This document shows positions 1 through 13,583 of a stretch of DNA of 64,000 nucleotides, piece after piece. The translations under genes were made by a program, and so were the position numbers. Location of the stretch: the NCBI GenBank assembly GCA_041687695.1, contig JAWLBL010000005.1, forward strand, positions 100,382-164,381, written 5' to 3'. The DNA comes from Myxococcota bacterium (lineage in GTDB: Bacteria > Myxococcota_A > UBA9042 > PHBI01 > JAWLBL01). The notes beneath the pieces are model-generated. The model was not told the origin of the DNA. It was given only the letters and a program-made list of their open reading frames with translations, and searched no databases. The first letter of the stretch is position 1, and every line of letters begins with the position of its first letter.

Positions 1-685
1 AGTGGTGGCCGTCGGCGCCGAAGTAGAGGCTCAAGTGGACGACCGGCAGGCTGAAGCGGTCGATGGCCAGCGGCTCGCGGGTCGCGTTGACCACGTGGAC
101 CGGCGTGATGGCGCGGTGGGGGAACATCGGCAGCTCGGACAGGTGCCGGTAGCCGTGGGTGCGGCTGGCGTAGCAGATCTCACCGTCGATGGGGCTGCCG
201 AACCAGGTGTCGGTGGGGCGCACGGTCGGGACCTCGACCAGCTTGCGCGCGGGGGCGCCGACGGACAGCTCGAGGAACAGGGGCGAGCTGACGAAGAGGG
301 TGACCCGCTCGCCTTCCGGCAGGGTCAGCGGCGTCAGCGGCCGGATGACCATGGGCCGGTCGGGCAGGCGCGGGGCGACGGTCAGCGGCCCCTCGGCACT
401 GGCGACGCCGAAGCGGGCGGCCTGCAGACCCTCGCGCTCGTCGTCGGGGAAGCCGTCGGGCGCCGGTTGCGCGTCGACCAGCTCGGGCGGGGCCGAGTCG
501 TCGCGCAACCAGGCCAGGCGCCACTCGAGGTCGCCGCGCAGGACCCACAGGTGCAGCGGTCCGATGCGCCAGAAGTGCGCCTCGTCGGGCGGCAGCGCGC
601 GCTCGCCCCACCACACGCGCTGGTCGGCGTCCAGGGGCGCGGGGGGCGGCGTCGGCTGGCGCGAGGAGAGGCTGAGGCGGGACAT
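1..685 (-). CDS. Conserved hypothetical protein (DUF432-like), runs off the window start
   Basis: ATG at 685, just after the purF stop, with an open frame to position 1 (MSRLSLSS...PDRPMVIRPLTPLTLP...TDTWFGSPIDGEICYASRT...FSLPVVHLSLY). Not in the ORF track because no stop lies in the window. Confidence 0.6.
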   Translation of the reverse strand, partial: MSRLSLSSRQPTPPPAPLDADQRVWWGERALPPDEAHFWRIGPLHLWVLRGDLEWRLAWLRDDSAPPELVDAQPAPDGFPDDEREGLQAARFGVASAEGPLTVAPRLPDRPMVIRPLTPLTLPEGERVTLFVSSPLFLELSVGAPARKLVEVPTVRPTDTWFGSPIDGEICYASRTHGYRHLSELPMFPHRAITPVHVVNATREPLAIDRFSLPVVHLSLYFGADGHH

Positions 686-693
686 CCGGGGGG

Positions 694-2082
694 TCAGTCT
701 CGCTCGGCGAGCGAGGACTTGCGGCCGCTGACGCCCGGGATGGGGACCGGGTAGCGGCCGGTGAAGCAAGCGTCGCAGAAGCGGCGCTCGCCCCCGTCGA
801 CGGAGCGCCGCAGGCCCTCGATGGACAGGTAGGCCAGCGAGTCGGCCGTGAGGTAGCGGGCGATCTCGTCGGTGGTGTGGCTCGAGGCGATGAGCTCGCC
901 CTTGTTGGGCGTGTCGATGCCGTAGTAGCAGGGGTTGGTGGTCGGCGGGCACGCGATGCGCATGTGCACCTCGCGGGCGCCGGCCTCCTTGAGCATGCGG
1001 ACGATCTTGCGGCTGGTGGTTCCGCGGACGATGGAGTCGTCGACGACGACCACGACCTTGTCGCGGATGACCGCCTCGACCGGGCTGAGCTTGAGCTTGA
1101 CGCCGAAGTTGCGGATGGAGCTGGCCGGCTCGATGAAGGTGCGGCCCGCGTAGTGGCTGCGGATGAGGCCCAGCTCGTAGGGCAGCCCCGAGGCCTGCGC
1201 GTAGCCCAGCGCGGCCGCGACACCGCTGTCGGGCACCGGGATGACCACGTCGGCGTTCTCGACCGGGAACTCCTGGGCGAGGCGGCGGCCGATGGCCTTG
1301 CGGACGTCGTAGACCCCCTGGCCGAACAGCTCGCTGTCGGGGCGGGCGAAGTAGATGTGCTCGAAGACGCACTGGCGCGGCTCGACCGCGGCGTCCTGGT
1401 CCAGGCGATGGCTCTGCAGGCCGTCGGCGTCGGCGACCAGCAGCTCGCCGGGCTCGACCTCTCGGACCAGCGAGGCCTCGACCAGGCGCAGGGCGCAGGA
1501 CTCGCTGGACAAGACGTGCGCGTTCTTCAGCCGGCCGAGCACCAGCGGGCGGAAGCCGTGCGGGTCGCGGGCGGCGATGAGCTGGTGCGGCGTCATGATG
1601 AGCAGCGAGTAGGAGCCCTCGAGCCGGCGCAGCACCTTGCGGACCCGCTCGAGCATCGACGCGCCCGGCGTGCGGGCGAGCAGGTGCACGATGAGCTCGG
1701 TGTCGATGGTCGAGTGGAAGATGGCCCCGGCCGCCTCGAGCTCGGCGCGCAGGGCGTCGGTGTTGGTGAGGTTGCCGTTGTGGGCGATGGCGACCGACGC
1801 GCCGGCCAGCTCGACCGCGAAGGGCTGCGCGTTCTTGAGCACGCTGCCGCCGGTGGTCGAGTAGCGCACGTGCCCGATGGCCGAGGCGCCCGGCAGGCGG
1901 TCGAGATCCTTGGCCGCGAAGACGTCCGCGACCCGGCCCATGCGCCGGTGGCTGTACAGGGTCTCGCCATCGGTCGCGACGATGCCCGCGCTCTCCTGCC
2001 CGCGGTGCTGCAGCGCGTGCAGCCCCAGGTAGGTCAGGTGGCTCGCTTCCTCGTTACCCCAGACGCCGAAGACCCCACACAT
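694..2082 (-). CDS. purF: Amidophosphoribosyltransferase
   Basis: N-terminal MCG nucleophile, [27 protein letters not shown] motif [19 protein letters not shown] and C-terminal FCDAC. Confidence 0.98.
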   Translation of the reverse strand: MCGVFGVWGNEEASHLTYLGLHALQHRGQESAGIVATDGETLYSHRRMGRVADVFAAKDLDRLPGASAIGHVRYSTTGGSVLKNAQPFAVELAGASVAIAHNGNLTNTDALRAELEAAGAIFHSTIDTELIVHLLARTPGASMLERVRKVLRRLEGSYSLLIMTPHQLIAARDPHGFRPLVLGRLKNAHVLSSESCALRLVEASLVREVEPGELLVADADGLQSHRLDQDAAVEPRQCVFEHIYFARPDSELFGQGVYDVRKAIGRRLAQEFPVENADVVIPVPDSGVAAALGYAQASGLPYELGLIRSHYAGRTFIEPASSIRNFGVKLKLSPVEAVIRDKVVVVVDDSIVRGTTSRKIVRMLKEAGAREVHMRIACPPTTNPCYYGIDTPNKGELIASSHTTDEIARYLTADSLAYLSIEGLRRSVDGGERRFCDACFTGRYPVPIPGVSGRKSSLAERD

Positions 2083-2109
2083 GCCGTCCCCCCGGTGGCC
2101 CGAGCGCCC

Positions 2110-4403
<2,294 letters not shown>

Positions 4404-4404
<1 letters not shown>

Positions 4405-5123
4405 CAGGCGCGGCCCTCCACCCAGCGGACGAGTGAGTCGAACAGCAGGCGGCCGTCGGTGTTCTGGCCCTCGTAGGCGGGGCCGCCGACGATCGCCTCG
4501 GCGCAGCGCTCGGGGTGCGGCATCATGCCGAAGACGTTGCCGCCGGCGTTGCGGATGCCCGCGATGGACTTGACCGAGCCGTTGAGGGCGGCCTCGTCGC
4601 GGACGCGGCCGTCCTCGTCGACGTAGCGGAACAGGACGTGCCCCTCGCCCTCGAGGCGGGCGAGGCCGTCGGGGTCGATGAAGTAGCAGCCCTCGCCGTG
4701 GGAGACCGGGATGGTCAGGCGCGCGCCCGGCGTGATGGCGTTGGTCAGGGCCGACTCGGTGTGCTCGACCTGCAGGAGCACGTCGCGGCAGACGAAGCGC
4801 AGGGCGCGGTTGCGCAGGAGCGCCCCCGGCAGCAGGCCGGCCTCGGTCAGGATCTGAAAGCCGTTGCAGATGCCGAAGACGAAGCCGCCGCGCGCCGCGT
4901 GGGCCTGCACCGCCTCCATGATGGGGGAAAAGCGCGCGATGGCGCCGCAGCGCAGGTAGTCGCCGTAGCTGAAGCCGCCCGGCAGGACGACCAGATCGCA
5001 GTCGGGCAGCTGCCGGTCCTTGTGCCAGACGAAGGTCGTCGGCAGCCCCATGACGTGCTTCAAGACGTGGTAGACGTCGTGGTCGCAGTTCGACCCCGGG
5101 AAGACGACGACGGCGCACTTCAT
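4404..5123 (-). CDS. purQ: Phosphoribosylformylglycinamidine synthase glutaminase subunit PurQ
   Basis: [31 protein letters not shown] and MMPHPER motifs. Confidence 0.97.
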
Positions 5124-5125
5124 CG

Positions 5126-5386
5126 TCAGCCCTCGGTGTCCGGGACCAGCTCGAACACGTAGTCCTCGGTCACGGGGTTGGCGATGAGCTTGTCGCACAT
5201 CGCCTCGACGCGCGCCTGGGCGGCGGCGACGTCGTCGGTGTCCAGACGCAGCTCGACGTAGCGCCCGAGGCGCACGTCCGAGGCCTCGGCGAAGCCGAGG
5301 GCGTGCAGGGCGGCGTTGACCGCCGACCCCTGGGGATCGAGCACGTCCTTGCGCGGGGTCACGTGGATCCGGGCCTTGAGCGCCAT
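5126..5386 (-). CDS. purS: Phosphoribosylformylglycinamidine synthase subunit PurS
   Basis: [20 protein letters not shown]...[14 protein letters not shown], with a GAGGAG RBS upstream. Confidence 0.95.
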   Translation of the reverse strand: MALKARIHVTPRKDVLDPQGSAVNAALHALGFAEASDVRLGRYVELRLDTDDVAAAQARVEAMCDKLIANPVTEDYVFELVPDTEG

Positions 5387-5519
5387 GGGCTCTCCTCGCG
5401 GGCGGGGGAAGGAGGGGCAAGGGTCGTCGGACGGCGCCCGTATAACAGAGGCGCTCGGCGCGCTCCAGGGTCGTTTCGCTAAAGCGCTCGGCGGGCGCGG
5501 CGGCGGCGCCCGGGGCGGT

Positions 5520-6476
5520 TCAGCGGGGGGCCTCGGCGACCTCGCGCGGGGGAACCCGGCGGTGGCGCTCGTCCTTCCCCTTGGGCGCGCGATCGCGGGG
5601 GCCGTCGCGGCGGGGGCCCTGCGGGGGCTGGACGATGCGCAGCGAGAACGCGATGGCCGAGGTGCCGGGGAGCGCGCGGCCCGTGTCGTCGGCGACCGGC
5701 AGCGCGCCGTCACGGCCGGCGGGGCTCAGGCGGGCGACGCGGTCGAGGCGGCGGGCGTCCTCGTCGGTGGGCGGCGCGTCGGCGGCGGGCTCGGCCTCGA
5801 CCAGGACCAGCCAGTGGTGATCGCCGTCTTCGGGGGCTTGGGCGGGGTCGATGCGCACCGGCAGCTGGACGGCCAGCTCGAGGGCGCCGTGGGCGGACCG
5901 GGTGTGGGCGGCGGCGGCCGACAGGGCCTGCGGGGCGGCGCGGAGATCGGGCGCCTCGGCGAGGGCGGCGCCGCCGCGGGCGATGGGCGCCGGGTCGGGG
6001 GCGTCGAGGGTGGAGACCAGGACCTCGAGGGCGGCGACGTCGCGGGCGGCGATGGGGCCGATGCGTCGCTCGCCGAGCGGGACGTGGAAGCGGGCGTCGG
6101 GGCCGCCGCGGCCGAGCGCCATGGCCTGGCCGAGGGCGCCGTCGGGCGAGGTCAGGGTCCAGGTGGTCACCGAGGCGTCGGGGTGGCGGACGCGCAGGAC
6201 GACCTGGACGCGCGTGCCCTCGGCGAAGGGGGCGTAGGCGCCGCCCGTGGACAGGCGGCCGGTGAACCACAGGGGCTGCAGCAGCAGCTGGCCGCGGGGC
6301 GACACGCGCAGGGTGTCGACGGTGGTCAGGGCCCCGGTGTCGCCGGCGGCCGGCTGGGCCAGGAAGGCCTGGGTCGGGCCCAGGGTGTGCGCCGCTGTGG
6401 CGCCGCAGCCGGTCGAGCCGGCGGCGAGACCGAGGAGGGCGGCGGCGGAGACGACGGCAAGGAGCGGGCAGCGCAT
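5520..6476 (-). CDS. Hypothetical exported protein or lipoprotein
   Basis: Signal-like N-terminus MRCPLLAVVSAAALLGLAAGSTGC. Fills the gap between purS and the kinase. Confidence 0.55.
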   Translation of the reverse strand: MRCPLLAVVSAAALLGLAAGSTGCGATAAHTLGPTQAFLAQPAAGDTGALTTVDTLRVSPRGQLLLQPLWFTGRLSTGGAYAPFAEGTRVQVVLRVRHPDASVTTWTLTSPDGALGQAMALGRGGPDARFHVPLGERRIGPIAARDVAALEVLVSTLDAPDPAPIARGGAALAEAPDLRAAPQALSAAAAHTRSAHGALELAVQLPVRIDPAQAPEDGDHHWLVLVEAEPAADAPPTDEDARRLDRVARLSPAGRDGALPVADDTGRALPGTSAIAFSLRIVQPPQGPRRDGPRDRAPKGKDERHRRVPPREVAEAPR

Positions 6477-6627
6477 GACCCGCCGATGATGCCCGAGCGG
6501 CGGCGTCGGGTCCACGGCAGCCCGGCCGACGTGCAAGGTGGCGTTGTTGCCGCGGCGCGGGCGGTCGCGGTAGTCTCTCGCAGCCGGAGCCGTCGGGGCG
6601 GACGGGACGGCGGGAGCGGCCACCCCC

Positions 6628-8445
<1,818 letters not shown>

Positions 8446-8454
8446 GGCGCGGCG

Positions 8455-9861
8455 TCAGCCGGAGGCGTGGACGCCGGTGGTGGCCCAGTCGTCGCCGCGG
8501 TAGATGGCCCAGGTCAGCGCCGTCTTGACGATGAAGCCCAGCGGGAAGCTGAGCCAGACGCCCAGGGCGCCCAGCTCGAGGCCGAAGGCCAGCAGCAGCC
8601 CCAGCGGGATCTGGACGGCGACGGTGCCGACCAGGTTGATGCGCAGGCTGGCGCGGGTGGCGCCGGCGCCTTGCAGCAGGCCGACCAGGGCGATGTGGAC
8701 GCCGAAGAGCGGCATGCTGATGCCCAGGATGCGCACCCAAAGGACCGACAGGTCGTGGACGGCGGGGCCGGCCTCGGCGGCGAAGAAGGCGACGATGGGG
8801 TCGGCGAAGGCCACGAAGAGCAGGCCGAGGCTGCTCATGACGCCGAGGCACAGGCGGAGGGCCGAGCGCGTGACCTCGCGGGCGTCGGCGACGCGGCCGG
8901 CGCCGAGGGCCTGGCCGACCAGGGCGGCGGTGGCCATGGAGACGCTGAGGCCCGGGACGAAGGCGAGGGACTGCACGCGCAGGCCGATGCCGTGGGCCGC
9001 GACGGCGAGCTCGTCGATGCGGCCGAGCATGGCGATGACGGCGAGGAAGGAGACGTTGAGGATGACCGAGTCGGCGGCGGCCGGGGCGCCGACGCGGGCG
9101 AGGGCGGCGGCGAGCGGGCGGTCGAGGGGGCGGGGGCGCAGGGGGAGCTCGACACCGGGGACGGCGCCGCGGCGCAGGAGGGCGACGATGGCGACGACGC
9201 TGACCGCGTAGGAGATGGCGGTGCCGAGGGCGGCGCCCTGGACGCCCAGGGCGGGCAGGCCGAGGTTGCCCAGGATGAGGCCGTAGTTGAGGAGGGCGTT
9301 GAGGACGTTGACGCCGAGGGCGACGATGAAGGGCAGGCGGGTGTTGCCGACGCCGCGGAGGACGGCCGCGTAGAGCAGGCCGAGGAAGTAGAAGGGCAGC
9401 GAGACCAGGATGGGGCCGAGGTAGGCCATGCTGGCGTCGAGGACCGGCCCGGAGGCGCCGAGCAGGCGCAGGAGCGGCGGGGAGAGGGCGACGCCGAGGG
9501 CGGCGACGACGACGGCCAGCACCACGGTGAGCTGGCTGGACTGCACCAGCAGGTGGTTGACGCGGCCGTGCTCGCCGGCGCCGTACGCGCGGGCGACCAG
9601 GGCGACCGTGCCGACCGTGAGGCCGATCATGGCGATCATCAGGACGAAGATGATCTGGGTGGCGAAGCCGAGCGCGGTGAGGGCGACGTTGGCGTCGGGG
9701 AGGCGGGCGCACATGAACGTGTCGACCGCGAGGGCGAGCACGTTCAGCACGTTGAGGCCGATGACCGGGAGCGACAGATCGAGCAGCCGCCGGGCGAGGG
9801 AGCGCGGCGGCGGCTCGTCGGGCGCTCCCGCGGCTGGGGCGTCGTCAGGCGGCGCGTTCAT
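8455..9861 (-). CDS. MATE family efflux transporter
   Basis: Polytopic protein with VARAYGA, LRGVGNTRLP, GLPALGVQGAALGT and VGQALGA MATE motifs. Confidence 0.92.
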   Translation of the reverse strand: MNAPPDDAPAAGAPDEPPPRSLARRLLDLSLPVIGLNVLNVLALAVDTFMCARLPDANVALTALGFATQIIFVLMIAMIGLTVGTVALVARAYGAGEHGRVNHLLVQSSQLTVVLAVVVAALGVALSPPLLRLLGASGPVLDASMAYLGPILVSLPFYFLGLLYAAVLRGVGNTRLPFIVALGVNVLNALLNYGLILGNLGLPALGVQGAALGTAISYAVSVVAIVALLRRGAVPGVELPLRPRPLDRPLAAALARVGAPAAADSVILNVSFLAVIAMLGRIDELAVAAHGIGLRVQSLAFVPGLSVSMATAALVGQALGAGRVADAREVTRSALRLCLGVMSSLGLLFVAFADPIVAFFAAEAGPAVHDLSVLWVRILGISMPLFGVHIALVGLLQGAGATRASLRINLVGTVAVQIPLGLLLAFGLELGALGVWLSFPLGFIVKTALTWAIYRGDDWATTGVHASG

Positions 9862-10744
9862 CCGGGCGCTGGAGCAGGGCCGTGGGATCGATGGGGGCGC
9901 GGCCGGGGCCGTCGCCGGGGCGGGCGGCGTCGGGCAGCGCGGCGACGAAGTCGATGAACCCCTTGATCCAGATGAGGTTGATGGCGTCGCACGCCTCTGG
10001 CGGGTTGCTGGTCGTGGTCTCGAGGGTGGCGACGTAGCGCACGCCGCGGCGCCAGTAGTAGTCGGTGACGCTGCCGTCGTTGGCGATGACCATGCCGAAG
10101 GGGCCGGTCGTGTGCGCCTCGTCGGCCTTGTAGTCGCGGGCGATGGAGGCGTGGGCCTCGCTGGCCGCCATCAGCGGGCGGTACGGGGCGCGGTCGCCCA
10201 TGACGTAGGCGTACACGTGCGGCTCGGGCAGGTAGCGGTCCTGGTGGATGTCCAGGGCCGCGTAGGGCAGCGGCGCGTTGCGGTCCAGCTCGTCACGGAT
10301 GGCCCGCGTCTCCTTGGGCCCGCCATGGTACAGGGCGCAGCGGTCGAAGGCCTCGCCGGGCAGCAGCTCGCCCTTCCAGGCGCCGGGGCCGACCTCGTAG
10401 CGCAGAAAGTCGTTGTTGGGCTTCTCGCCGCTGGTGTTGTACCGCGAGCCGACCTCGAACCCGGACGGGTTGATGCAGGGGTAGACCCACAGCGCGACGT
10501 CGCGCTCGGCGGCGTAGGCGACGATCTCGGGGGCGTGCTCGAGCAGCGTCAGCGGGCCGGCGGGCTCCTCGCCGTGGAAGCCGGCGGTCACTACGAGCGG
10601 CCGGCTCCCCGGCGTCGTCAGGCGCAGCAGCGGGTAGTCGCGGTCGTTCTCGCGGACCTGGGCGTGGACCCGCACGTCCGCGATGTCACCGAAGCGCATG
10701 AACCGCTCTACGTACTCGAACCAATCGTAGCGTCGCTCTGACAA
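9845..10744 (-). CDS. M14 zinc carboxypeptidase / succinylglutamate desuccinylase-like protein
   Basis: TAGFHGEEPAG (HxxE), INPSG..RYN, LDIHQD and TLET motifs. TTG start at 10744 follows a GGAGGGAG RBS. Confidence 0.8.
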   Translation of the reverse strand: MSERRYDWFEYVERFMRFGDIADVRVHAQVRENDRDYPLLRLTTPGSRPLVVTAGFHGEEPAGPLTLLEHAPEIVAYAAERDVALWVYPCINPSGFEVGSRYNTSGEKPNNDFLRYEVGPGAWKGELLPGEAFDRCALYHGGPKETRAIRDELDRNAPLPYAALDIHQDRYLPEPHVYAYVMGDRAPYRPLMAASEAHASIARDYKADEAHTTGPFGMVIANDGSVTDYYWRRGVRYVATLETTTSNPPEACDAINLIWIKGFIDFVAALPDAARPGDGPGRAPIDPTALLQRPDERAA

Positions 10745-10770
10745 GGGCTCCCTCCCGGGCTGACCGGGCC

Positions 10771-11271
10771 TCAGAAGTCGCCCGGCGCGTCCGGCTCGAA
10801 GGCGACCGGCAGGACGCGCTCCAAGGGGCGGACGCTCTCGAAGATGGCCTCGGCCTCGGCGAAGGCCGGGGCGTCGGTGTGGGGGTCGAAGGCCGTGCAC
10901 AGCACGACGTCCGCGTCCCACGCGGTCACGACGACGAGCCAGGCGCCGCCGTCCCCCTCGAACATCGCGCGGGCCCTGTGAATGCCCCCGGCGTCGAGAT
11001 CGGCCGTGCCGTACAGATCCACCGCGAGGCCGCCGGCGGCGCCGCGGGCGCGGGCGAAGCGCTCGATGAGCGGGGCGAGGCCGTCACCCGGGCGGCCGCC
11101 GCCGGGCTGGCGCTCGAGCAGGGTCACGTGGCCGATGAGGTCGCCGTCGAAGGGGCGCAGCTCGGCGGCCTCGTCGAGCAGGACGACGCCCCAGCGCGAG
11201 GGGATGTCGATGGTGAAGCGCTGGGCCCACGACCAGGTCTCGGTCGCGGGCAGCGAGGCGGTGGTGTTCAT
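10771..11271 (-). CDS. Hypothetical protein
   Basis: MNTTASLPATETWSWAQRFTIDIPSRW...; protein-like composition, lies within a co-oriented gene run. Confidence 0.6.
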   Translation of the reverse strand: MNTTASLPATETWSWAQRFTIDIPSRWGVVLLDEAAELRPFDGDLIGHVTLLERQPGGGRPGDGLAPLIERFARARGAAGGLAVDLYGTADLDAGGIHRARAMFEGDGGAWLVVVTAWDADVVLCTAFDPHTDAPAFAEAEAIFESVRPLERVLPVAFEPDAPGDF

Positions 11272-11294
11272 GGCGGAGCTCGGGTCGGGGAAAG

Positions 11295-13574
11295 CTATGG
11301 ACAACCGGGCAGGGCGGCGATCCATTCTCGGACGAGGGCGAGGCCCTGGGGGTCGGGGAGGAGGACGCCGACGGGCGGCATCCGGAAGGCGGGGTCGGTC
11401 GAGGCGATGCGCAGGGCGAGCAGGCTCGCGTCGGGGGCGCCGGGCGAGAGCAGACGCGCGCCCGGGACGCCCAGGTCGCCGCCCGAGGGGGCGACGTCGC
11501 ACAGGCCGGCGTCGGCGAGCGGGGTCGCGGCGCGCAGATCGAAGGTCGCGTTGGCCAGGCCGCCGGGGCGGTGGCAGTGGGCGCAGTTGGCGTCGAGCCA
11601 GGCGCGGGCGCGGTCGGCGAGCGGGGCGGAGGCGTCGTCGGGGGCGGGCCAGCGCGGGGCGGCGTCGAGGTCGTCGGGCGCTCCGGTCAGGTACCCGAGG
11701 CGCTGCAGGGAGGCAAGCTGCGGGACGTCGACGCCGAGGCCGAAGACGTCGTGGGCGCGGTGGAGCTGGGCGGCGGTGAGGCCGAGGGCGCGGCTGCCGT
11801 CGCCGGCGGCGCCGGGGTCGGTGTGGGCGGTGTGGCAGGTCAGGCACTCGCCGCGGCTGGGGAAGGTCCACTTCGTGGGACCGCCGTGGACGTCGGTGGT
11901 GGCGCCGGTGGTCATCAGCTCGGCGTCGGTGCCCTGCGCGTTCCAGCGGTAGGTGGCGCCGCGCCAGGCGTCGCCCGCGCGGACCAGGAAGCGGGTCTCG
12001 AGGGGGTGGCCGTCGCGGACGAAGCTCTTGATGAGGATGGTGCCGTCGGGGAGCCCCAGCGGGCCCGCGTCGGCCCAGGCGAGGGTGCCGTCCTGGGGCA
12101 GGACCAGGCCGCGCTCCTTGGCGGCGTCGTCGGACCACAGCGGGACGTTGACGTCGTAGGCCAGGATGCCGTCCGCCAGCCGGCGGGTGGGCAGGTCGTC
12201 GAAGCAGCCGGTGTCGGACAGGCGCGCGGGCCAGCCGGCGGGGGCGGGGGCGTCGGGGTCGGCCGGGACAAGGCGGTGGAAGCGGCCGAGGGTCCAGTCC
12301 AGGACGATGAGCTCGCCCGCGGCGTCGGCGCCGATGTGGCTGATCTGGGCCGAGGTCTGGGCCAGGGTCGTGCGGGTGAAGGCGCCGTCGGCGCCCGGGG
12401 TCAGGCCCCAGACGGAGCCGAAGACGAAGTCGGCGAAGACGTAGGTGCCGTACAGCGAGGGGATGGCGCTGCCGCGGTAGACGCGCCCGCCGGTCACCGA
12501 CTTGCCCTCGGCGTGCTCGTACTCGGCGACGGGCAGGGTCAGCCCGGACTTGTCGCAGGCGTCGCCCGTCGGGTAGCAGCGGGTGCCCTCCATCGTGTTC
12601 CAGCCGTAGTTGCGGCCGCGCTCGATGAGGTTCACCTCCTCGACCTTGCTCTGGCCGACGTCGGCGCTCCAGAGGGCGCCGTCGACCGGGTCGAAGGCGA
12701 AGCCCCAGGGGTTGCGCAGCCCCCAGGCCCAGATCTCGGGGCGGGCGCCCGGCTGGTCGACGAACGGGTTGTCGGGCGGCACGGCGTAGCCGACGTCGTC
12801 GCCGGGCGCGTCGACGTCCAGGCGCAGGAAGGCGCCCAGCAGCGTGCCCAGGTTCTGGCCGTGGCCCAGCGGGTCGCCGCCGGAGCCGCCGTCACCCATG
12901 CCGACGTACAGGTAGCCGTCGGGGCCGAAGGCCAGGCCGCCGCCGTTGTGGTTGCCGTAGGGCTGGTCGACGGTGATGACGACGGCCTCGCTGGCCGGGT
13001 CGGGCGCGCCGAAGGGCGGGTCGGGCACGGTGAAGCGGCTGACGACGGTCTGGAGCTGGCCCTCGACGGAGCGGGTGTAGTTGACGAAGAGCCGGCCGTT
13101 GGTCGCGAACTGAGGGTGGAAGGCCAGCGACAACAGGCCCGCTTCGTTGGGGCCGGCCTCGATCCGCTGCGACAGGTCCAGCCAGAGCGTCGCGCCGCCG
13201 TCCTCGGTGACCGCGTCGGCGACCAGGACCCGGCCGCCCTGCCCCACCAGCGCCACGCGCTCGCCGGCGCCCGGGACGGGGGTCAGCTGCACCGGCTTGG
13301 CCAGGGTGACGCCCGAGAGCACGCGCTGCAGCGCCAGCGGCGGCGGCGGCGGCGACTCGCCGGCGAGGCGGCAGGTCGTGTTGTAGGTGCGCTCGAGGCC
13401 GGCCAGCGGGTCGGCGTCGGATCCGACCGCGTCACTGGCGCCGCCAGCCTCCAGCTTGGCGTCCGCCTGCGGCGTGACGTCCAGAGGGACCGCCCCGTCG
13501 CCGCCGGGCGAAGAGCAGGCGGCCAGCAGGCCGAGGGCGACGGCGGTGAGCGCGCCGAGCGCGGGGCCGCGCAT
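11295..13574 (-). CDS. Lipoprotein: PQQ-dependent glucose/sorbosone dehydrogenase beta-propeller plus diheme cytochrome c domain
   Basis: Lipobox LLAAC, NHNGGGLAFGPDGYLY, WAWGLRNPW and NYGW motifs, two CxxCH motifs (CLTCH, CAHCH), C-terminal RMPP. Confidence 0.88.
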   Translation of the reverse strand: MRGPALGALTAVALGLLAACSSPGGDGAVPLDVTPQADAKLEAGGASDAVGSDADPLAGLERTYNTTCRLAGESPPPPPLALQRVLSGVTLAKPVQLTPVPGAGERVALVGQGGRVLVADAVTEDGGATLWLDLSQRIEAGPNEAGLLSLAFHPQFATNGRLFVNYTRSVEGQLQTVVSRFTVPDPPFGAPDPASEAVVITVDQPYGNHNGGGLAFGPDGYLYVGMGDGGSGGDPLGHGQNLGTLLGAFLRLDVDAPGDDVGYAVPPDNPFVDQPGARPEIWAWGLRNPWGFAFDPVDGALWSADVGQSKVEEVNLIERGRNYGWNTMEGTRCYPTGDACDKSGLTLPVAEYEHAEGKSVTGGRVYRGSAIPSLYGTYVFADFVFGSVWGLTPGADGAFTRTTLAQTSAQISHIGADAAGELIVLDWTLGRFHRLVPADPDAPAPAGWPARLSDTGCFDDLPTRRLADGILAYDVNVPLWSDDAAKERGLVLPQDGTLAWADAGPLGLPDGTILIKSFVRDGHPLETRFLVRAGDAWRGATYRWNAQGTDAELMTTGATTDVHGGPTKWTFPSRGECLTCHTAHTDPGAAGDGSRALGLTAAQLHRAHDVFGLGVDVPQLASLQRLGYLTGAPDDLDAAPRWPAPDDASAPLADRARAWLDANCAHCHRPGGLANATFDLRAATPLADAGLCDVAPSGGDLGVPGARLLSPGAPDASLLALRIASTDPAFRMPPVGVLLPDPQGLALVREWIAALPGCP

Positions 13575-13583
13575 GGACGCCTC

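Noticed and set aside
5387..5519. PurR-box-like GCGAAACG and a -10-like element upstream of purS
   Set aside because: Only a half-site with no palindrome, and the -35 is weak. Not supportable.
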